This document shows positions 55,965-62,127 of a stretch of DNA of 62,127 nucleotides, piece by piece (position 1 is the first letter of the stretch; each line of letters begins with the position of its first letter). The stretch lies in contig JBBRNJ010000056.1 in assembly GCA_038230375.1 (NCBI GenBank), positions 1-62,127 of the forward strand. Reading direction: 5' to 3'. The translations under genes and the position numbers were made by a program. Origin of the DNA: Polyangiales bacterium (GTDB lineage Bacteria; Myxococcota_A; Polyangia; Polyangiales; Polyangiaceae). The notes under the pieces were generated by a model. That model made no database searches, was not told where the DNA came from, and saw nothing but the letters and a program-made list of their open reading frames with translations.

Positions 55965-57338
55965 ATGGGTGACGCGCGCTTCGTGCCGGGCGGTAAGATC
56001 GCCGGTAAGTACAGCCTGCTCTGCGAGTTCGGATCCGGCGGAATGAGCGACATCTGGCTCGCCAAGAACGACGCGACCGACGCGGAGGTCGTGCTCAAGG
56101 TCGCCCGTGGTTGCAAGGACGGTGAGAACGACTCGCTGATCCTGCGCGAGCGATTCCGCAACGAGGCTCGCGCGTGCGCGAAGCTCGGTCACCCCAACAT
56201 CGTGCGCGTCTTCGACCTGATCGAGGACGACGGTGCGTCGATGGTGCTCGTCATGGAGCGCCTCCACGGCTGCACGCTGAGCGACTGCATTGCGGTGAAA
56301 GGCAAGATCGCGCCCGCGTCCGCCGTCGCGATCATGCTCGGGCTGCTTGCCGGACTGGAGCACGCGCACGGCGCTGGGTTGATCCATCGGGACATCAAGC
56401 CCGAGAACGTTTTCCTTGCCGTCGACCCGGACGGTCTGGTCACGCCGAAGATGCTCGACTTCGGCGTCGCGAAGTTTCCAAGCGCAAAGAACAACCTCAC
56501 GCTCGACGGGCTCATCCTCGGGACGCCGCAGTACATGTCGCCGGAGCAGGTACGCGCGCAGAAGCTCGACGTCCGGAGCGACGTCTTTGCGCTCGGTACC
56601 GTGCTCTACGAGATCCTCACTGGTACATCGCCGTTCGAGGCGGAGACGACGTCGGCCGCGCTCGCCGCGGTGCTCGAGCGTCAGCCGGAGCGCATCGACT
56701 TCGTGCCCGCTGCGCTGTGGGAGGTGCTCGCGCGCACGCTCGACAAGAACCCCGCGAATCGTCCCGCGTCTGCGGCCATCCTCGGCAAGGAGCTGCGCGA
56801 AGCGGTCGGCGTTGATGATGCTGTGCTCGCCGCCGCGCTCGAAAACCTGGTGCCGTCCACGCTCCCGGACTCGCGGCGGTCACTTGATTCCGCGCGAATC
56901 GTACTGCGTCCGCCGGGCGCGTCCGTCCGCCCACCCTCGCTCCTGGAGTCGCAGAAGACGTTGAACGGGAAGACGTTGGTGATCTCGAGCCCGACGCCCC
57001 CCGCCCTCCGGGCGTCACGCTCGCGGATGTACTGGCTGATCGCGCCCCTCGCGGTCGCGGTCGCCGTCGGTGTCGTCGGCTTGCTCGCCATGGGTCAGGG
57101 GGCGGGCGCCGGTTCGACCACGCTCGCTGCGCCGTCGGGCAGCGCCTTGGTGCTCGAGCAGCACTCGGGGAACGAAGTCGGCTCGAATGCTGGGGCACCG
57201 CGGGCGGAGCGGACCGCCAGTGTATCCACCGATGAGCCGCAGGCCGCCGCCGCTCCCAGTCCCATCCTCCCCGGACCGAGCGCCTCGGCCACGCCTCGCC
57301 GAGGGCGAAGGGCAGTAGCGCTGACCCCAGGGTTCTGA
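55965..57338 (+). CDS. Transmembrane Ser/Thr protein kinase
   Basis: GSGGMS, VVLK, HRDIKPEN, DFG, GTPQYMSPE; one TM; Pro/Ala tail ending LTPGF. Confidence 0.93.
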   Translation: MGDARFVPGGKIAGKYSLLCEFGSGGMSDIWLAKNDATDAEVVLKVARGCKDGENDSLILRERFRNEARACAKLGHPNIVRVFDLIEDDGASMVLVMERLHGCTLSDCIAVKGKIAPASAVAIMLGLLAGLEHAHGAGLIHRDIKPENVFLAVDPDGLVTPKMLDFGVAKFPSAKNNLTLDGLILGTPQYMSPEQVRAQKLDVRSDVFALGTVLYEILTGTSPFEAETTSAALAAVLERQPERIDFVPAALWEVLARTLDKNPANRPASAAILGKELREAVGVDDAVLAAALENLVPSTLPDSRRSLDSARIVLRPPGASVRPPSLLESQKTLNGKTLVISSPTPPALRASRSRMYWLIAPLAVAVAVGVVGLLAMGQGAGAGSTTLAAPSGSALVLEQHSGNEVGSNAGAPRAERTASVSTDEPQAAAAPSPILPGPSASATPRRGRRAVALTPGF

Positions 57339-57484
57339 CGATCACCCAACCGCGCGACGCCTGCTCTTGCTGGCGGTCGATCTCACCGCGCGTGGACGAT
57401 TGACCCCGCAGCGTTGCCAGGGCCTCCTTACTTCACTATTGATTCGCTAGTTCGTTATCCGAACATCTGCGCGGTCGACGAGCT

Positions 57485-58951
57485 TTAGACCGCGGATCGG
57501 TTGGCCGACGCTACCGGGAGCGTGAAATAGAACGTGCTCCCGCGGCCGACGGTGCTCTCGACCCAGATCGTTCCCCCGTGGCTTACGACGATGCCCTTCG
57601 CGATGAACAGCCCGAGCCCAACCCCCACGGTGAGGTCGCTGTCCTTTCCGCGCCAGTAGCGCTCGAAGATGTGCTCGCGTGCCTCCTCCGGGATCCCCGG
57701 GCCGCTGTCAGCTACAGAGAACCGGACCTCTCGCGCCAGGGGCACTGCCTCGATGGCGATCGTGCCGCCGTTCGGTGTGAACTTGATCGCGTTCGCGACG
57801 AGATTGCCAAGGACCTGCCCTACGCGATTGCGATCGCAGGGGATCCGAAGCTCCGGAGCCGTGCCGGTGATCGAGAGTCCCTTCTCGACGCAAAGAGGCG
57901 CGTAGGCCTCGATGGCGTCGGCCACGATCGTCTCTGCGTTGCCTTCCACGTGCTCGATCTTGAGGCGGCCGGAATCGATGCTCGCGACGTCGCCGAGATC
58001 GTGCAGGAGCAAGGCCATCCGACGCGCGGCCTTCTGGATCAGCGCGGCCCCCTTCCTGACCGCCACACCCTCGGCCCCCTGGAGCGGGAGATGGAGAAGG
58101 TTCGATGCGCTGAGGCCGATCGTGTTCATCGGGTTTGCGAGGTCGTGCGCGACGATGGAAAGGAACTCGTCGCGCATCCTTGTGGCGCGCTCAGCAAGCT
58201 GCCGAGCCATGATCGCCTCCTCGCGAAGCTGCGCACGATCCAGCGCCAGCGCGCACTCCTGGGCGAACGCCGTCAAGAAGACCCGGTCCTCGCCATCGAG
58301 CGTGCGCTCCTCGGAGAAAGCCAGGCGGAGCGCCCCGATGAACTCGCCCCGTGAAATCAGCGGTAGGGCAACGACCGCGCGACAGGCCGCCGTCTCGAAG
58401 AACGAGGCGTGCTGCGGATACTGCGCGTGAAGCTCGCTCCTGTTTTGCAGAAACACGGCGCTCCGCGAGCGCGCGACATCGGAGAGCGGGTTCTGCCCAT
58501 CGGTGCAGAAGCGCGTTCGGCCGTTCACGACCTCCGTGGGAAGATGCGACGCGGCATATAGCGACGTGTTCGCGGCGCCCACTTCGCTGAGAATCTCCAG
58601 CCATCCACCGTTGTCGGTGGCCCGCGTGACGATTCCGGCTTGGGCGCCGGTGACCGCCAGGCCCGTGGAGAGGATCACGTCGGCCGCCTCGGCCGGAGCC
58701 ATCGGTCCACCGAGCGCGGCGGTGATCGACTGGAGTCGAGCCACGCGGTGCGCCACCGCCTCGAGTGCGGCCCGCGTCTCCTGATGGGCCTCGAGTTGCA
58801 TCTCCAGCTCGACCTGGTGGACGCGGAGCTCGTGAAGGAGTTGCGCCTGATCGACCTGCGAATCCCCTTGAACGGCCTCTCGGTCCGCCACCCTCGCTTC
58901 GGCAAGTCGGCGAAGCTCGGCGGCCTCTGTTGGCTTCGCGGGGGTCGTCAT
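57485..58951 (-). CDS. GAF-domain sensor histidine kinase
   Basis: N-terminal coiled coil HELRVHQVELEMQ; GAF; AHDLANP; NAIKFT; DSGPG; GVGLGL. Confidence 0.93.
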   Translation of the reverse strand: MTTPAKPTEAAELRRLAEARVADREAVQGDSQVDQAQLLHELRVHQVELEMQLEAHQETRAALEAVAHRVARLQSITAALGGPMAPAEAADVILSTGLAVTGAQAGIVTRATDNGGWLEILSEVGAANTSLYAASHLPTEVVNGRTRFCTDGQNPLSDVARSRSAVFLQNRSELHAQYPQHASFFETAACRAVVALPLISRGEFIGALRLAFSEERTLDGEDRVFLTAFAQECALALDRAQLREEAIMARQLAERATRMRDEFLSIVAHDLANPMNTIGLSASNLLHLPLQGAEGVAVRKGAALIQKAARRMALLLHDLGDVASIDSGRLKIEHVEGNAETIVADAIEAYAPLCVEKGLSITGTAPELRIPCDRNRVGQVLGNLVANAIKFTPNGGTIAIEAVPLAREVRFSVADSGPGIPEEAREHIFERYWRGKDSDLTVGVGLGLFIAKGIVVSHGGTIWVESTVGRGSTFYFTLPVASANRSAV

Positions 58952-59145
58952 GGGGCGGCGGTGAGGGCGCCTTTGACGCCCGCGCCTACTAGTAACCGCG
59001 GACCAGGCTCACGTCAAACGCGCCAGTGAGGATGAATGTCCAAGGCAATCGACTCACTCGAGTTCGCGGCGACGGTCGTCGCTTCATTCGAACGAGATCG
59101 GCTGGAGTCGAGGCAGCTCAATGTCGAAGAGTGGCGCCGTGGACG

Positions 59146-60036
59146 CTACAGGTGCGCTTCGTCGGCGGGTTCGCGATCCTCTCTCGCGCTGTCCTCTGAG
59201 GTCGGCATGTCCGCGTGGAGTACTGTCCCCTTCGCTCCACGCTTGACCTGGTACATCAGCGCGTCCGCAGCGGCGAGCATCTCATCCACGCTGGCCGGCG
59301 GGGTCCTGTACCGAGCGACGCCCACGCTGAAGCCGACGTTCCACCCTCCGGCGGTAATCGCCTCGCGAAGCGAGGTGTGGATCCTATCGACCGCGCGCGC
59401 CGTCGACGCGGCGTCTGCATCGGTCAAAAGGAGCGCAAACTCGTCCCCACCGATCCGAGCAACGACATCCGTGGCTCGCCCAGAGTCGAGGATGCGCGCG
59501 ACGGAAACGAGTACCTTGTCACCCTCTGCGTGTCCGCGCGTGTCGTTGACCTTCTTGAAGCCATCCAGGTCAAGGCCGACGAGCGTCAGGGGTGCAGCGT
59601 TTCGCCGTGCCCTTTCGAGCTCACGCCGTCCGAGCTCGTCGAACCCTCTCCGGTTGTAGAGGCCGGTGAGCGCATCGCTACGAGCTTCGTCCGCGAGGCG
59701 CCTCTGCGCGTCGCGGAGGCGCCCGACGACGGCCACGGCCGTGACGTACACCAGGAGCCTCACCGCTGCGTCGGAGTACACGAATGCCGGCTTGATGTGC
59801 GCCATCCCGGAGAGCACGTCGAAGTACACGCAGAGGAGGATGCTGAGCCCGCAAAGTACGAACGCAGCTCTGCGCCCGACCATCCACGCCGCCAGGCCGA
59901 CGGGAAGGATGTACAGCGCGCGCAGGGTCAGGTCGGCCCCTGCGACCAGGTCAGCGGCGAAGATGGTGCCTAGCAGCGCAACGAGTGCGGCGGTCCTCCT
60001 CCCAGTGGAGAGGCGCTGGAATGCCGGATGCGCCAT
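59146..60036 (-). CDS. Membrane-bound diguanylate cyclase (GGDEF)
   Basis: About 4 TM helices; DALTGLYNRR, DLDGFKKVND..GH, RIGGDEF, ADALMY. Confidence 0.93.
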   Translation of the reverse strand: MAHPAFQRLSTGRRTAALVALLGTIFAADLVAGADLTLRALYILPVGLAAWMVGRRAAFVLCGLSILLCVYFDVLSGMAHIKPAFVYSDAAVRLLVYVTAVAVVGRLRDAQRRLADEARSDALTGLYNRRGFDELGRRELERARRNAAPLTLVGLDLDGFKKVNDTRGHAEGDKVLVSVARILDSGRATDVVARIGGDEFALLLTDADAASTARAVDRIHTSLREAITAGGWNVGFSVGVARYRTPPASVDEMLAAADALMYQVKRGAKGTVLHADMPTSEDSAREDREPADEAHL

Positions 60037-60228
60037 CGGCCGACCGTAGTGTTCGCCACGTCCAGCGTCAACGGCCTTACCACGACGCCTGTAGAGGGTT
60101 CCCTGAGCGCGTCCAGCACCCCCATCAACTTCCTCTTCCCGCGCCCGCGCCGAGCACAGTGCGGAGTCGAAGCCGGGGTTCGTGATCATGGGCGCCAAGC
60201 GCGAAGGGCAGAACCCTGCGCCTTGCGC

Positions 60229-61335
60229 TCAGTGAATGAAGATGAGCGGTGCGTCGCGTGTTGGAAGCGTCGGGCCCACCTTGAAAGGGTCACTCGATTT
60301 CAGCCCGTCGCCCGCGGAGTTCAACTCCCCGTACGAGACAGTGCTGCCCGACACCACGTAGAGGAACCCGCGCTCGATCGTTACACCGGGCAAGTAGGCG
60401 TCCGCGGGCAACACGTTGGCGATGACGGTAGGCGTGCCCGCGTTCCCATTCGTGAGCGGGATAACCGTAACGTCCCTGGGAGTGGCCTTGTTAGCGAGGT
60501 AGCCCGAGAGTATGAACATCGCCTTTGCCGTGGACGCCGACCCGCAGTCGAAGAGGCCAGGGAGGCCACCGACGTTCTGCCAGCCGTCCTCGGTGGATGA
60601 CAGCGACAGCTGGAGCAGAGACGAGCCTCCGTCGCTACCTTGAGCGACCACCGTGAATGTGTCGCCCTGGAGCGCGGCCGCGCTGTTGGCAGCGGGAGAG
60701 AGGAGGATTGGCAGGCTCTTCACAGTCGGCGTGCCGCTGTCGAGCGACCAGACCGACGCGGACATACCGGCATCGTCCGAACCTCCGGCCACTGCCAGTC
60801 GCGATGAGTCAGCGGCAAACACTGGACGGAACGTCGCCGCCAGAGGATTGAAAGATGATGCGAATGAGCCGAGCTCGCCCGCCGTATCGAACCTTGCGTA
60901 TTGGACGAGGCCATCTTTCGCGCCCTTCGCGGTCACGCCGCCGACGAGGAGGACGGTCTCGCCGAGCAGCGCGCCCGCGCCGCGAACGGTCGCGTCCGGA
61001 ATCGTTGTGGAGACCTTCACGAACGGCTCGAGCGAGCCATCGCAATGACGGGCTGCGCGGAAGATGGTATCGAGCGGCTGGTTGTTTCCTGGGTCGAACC
61101 CACCCACGACCCAGAGGAACTTCCCGGTCAGCGCCCCGGCATCCGTCGCACAAGGATCTTGCGCACCGGCGTCTCCGCCTTCGGCTCGCGCAGCCGCATC
61201 GCCCGCTTCGGGTTCTGTGGCCGCATCGCCATTCGCCGCGGTGCTGTCGGTGCCGGAGAAGGAGCTGCAGCTCAGCGCCAGGCCCGCCGATGCTGCGAAA
61301 CTGGCGACAGCTCCGAGGAGCGTTTTGCGTTGCAT
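60229..61335 (-). CDS. Kelch-like beta-propeller lipoprotein
   Basis: AGGAGG RBS; lipobox ALSC; DAG linker; WVVGG, LLVGG, AVAGG, FILSG, YVVSG repeats. Confidence 0.8.
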   Translation of the reverse strand: MQRKTLLGAVASFAASAGLALSCSSFSGTDSTAANGDAATEPEAGDAAARAEGGDAGAQDPCATDAGALTGKFLWVVGGFDPGNNQPLDTIFRAARHCDGSLEPFVKVSTTIPDATVRGAGALLGETVLLVGGVTAKGAKDGLVQYARFDTAGELGSFASSFNPLAATFRPVFAADSSRLAVAGGSDDAGMSASVWSLDSGTPTVKSLPILLSPAANSAAALQGDTFTVVAQGSDGGSSLLQLSLSSTEDGWQNVGGLPGLFDCGSASTAKAMFILSGYLANKATPRDVTVIPLTNGNAGTPTVIANVLPADAYLPGVTIERGFLYVVSGSTVSYGELNSAGDGLKSSDPFKVGPTLPTRDAPLIFIH

Positions 61336-61817
61336 GAACCTCCTACGACTTCCCTCCCAAGGAGAGCGCAAGGGAGGGCCCTTGTGAAGTGAAACGATTT
61401 CGTCCGTCACGACAATGCCGTTCGAGGGCCTCGCGGGAGCCACAGACCTGGTCCTCTCGCTCCCCGCCGAGCAGGCATGTCGCGACAGGTACTTCCGGAT
61501 CCGCAAGCTCGCCCGCTCCCGCTGGTCCTCGAAAGGCAGGCACGTCAGTCCCGCCGGTATCGCCGGTCACATCACTCAGGGATGTGGCAGATCAGCGTCG
61601 CCGAGTGAGCGAGAGAACTCGGCGGTGACAGCGCAAGCCTGCACGTAAGCACCGCGGTCTACGCCCGTGGTGGAGGGGTTACGATGGTTCTCGCGAGCCG
61701 CATTCGCGGAGCATAACCCACGACACATCGAAGGACATCGTTGTTGGCGTGGACCCAAGCGTCAGTCGGTCCAGCGCGAGCGCTTGTCGACGAGCTACAT
61801 GAAGCGAGCGGTCGGCG

Positions 61818-62127
61818 TCACAGAGCGGTCACCGTGAAGAGGCCGCGACCGATCGACATGACACCCCCGACGATGCAGAGGAGCGCGATGACGACGCCCA
61901 CCAGCGGAAGCGCCAGGGTCGGCTCCGGGCGCCTGCGGTTCACGGACATGGTGGCCTGAGCGACGACCGCAGCGAGCACCATCATGACCATGTGCCCGAT
62001 GAGCGCCGGGTAGTACCTGCCCATCGCGACCATGGTGACGCCAAGGACAACTTGCAGGTGCAGCGCGCCGGCGAAGCTGGCACCGAGGATGCGATGGACT
62101 TTCGAGTACGGCACCTTGCGCACGAGC
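61818..62127 (-). CDS. Small integral membrane protein, 5' end beyond the window
   Basis: Three hydrophobic helices with His residues (ALHLQVVLG, IGHMVMM); frame open to the window edge. Confidence 0.7.
   Translation of the reverse strand, partial: LVRKVPYSKVHRILGASFAGALHLQVVLGVTMVAMGRYYPALIGHMVMMVLAAVVAQATMSVNRRRPEPTLALPLVGVVIALLCIVGGVMSIGRGLFTVTAL

Overview
GC-rich bacterial DNA whose gene content points to a myxobacterium of the Polyangiaceae/Sorangiineae type (inference): about 20 predicted lipoproteins with Asp-Ala-Gly linkers, three Hanks-type Ser/Thr kinases, an FHA-sigma54 activator and TPR/PEGA proteins. About 53 CDS can be supported. The first 24 kb is mostly housekeeping (ettA, DEAD-box helicase, blc, sthA, xdhC, glgC with a GH13 gene, prmA, rsmE). 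The rest is accessory envelope and signalling genes plus a stand-alone quinol-dependent NO reductase. No rRNA, tRNA, CRISPR array, transposase, integrase or reverse transcriptase was recognised. Main leads: (1) a compact lipoprotein + TPR/PEGA + FHA-sigma54 activator + membrane Ser/Thr kinase cassette that looks like a trans-envelope signalling unit, flanked by a catalytically degenerate sigma54 activator; (2) at least six sigma54 -24/-12 motifs in front of exported enzymes; (3) two lipoproteins that pair different putative cell-wall hydrolase heads with a near-identical LGFP tail, next to an endoglycoceramidase-like GH5, possibly a toolkit against actinobacterial prey; (4) a widespread leaderless-promoter architecture; (5) hexamer microsatellites at convergent gene junctions. 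Two genes carry frameshifts. All family assignments come from motif recognition by eye; no searches were run.
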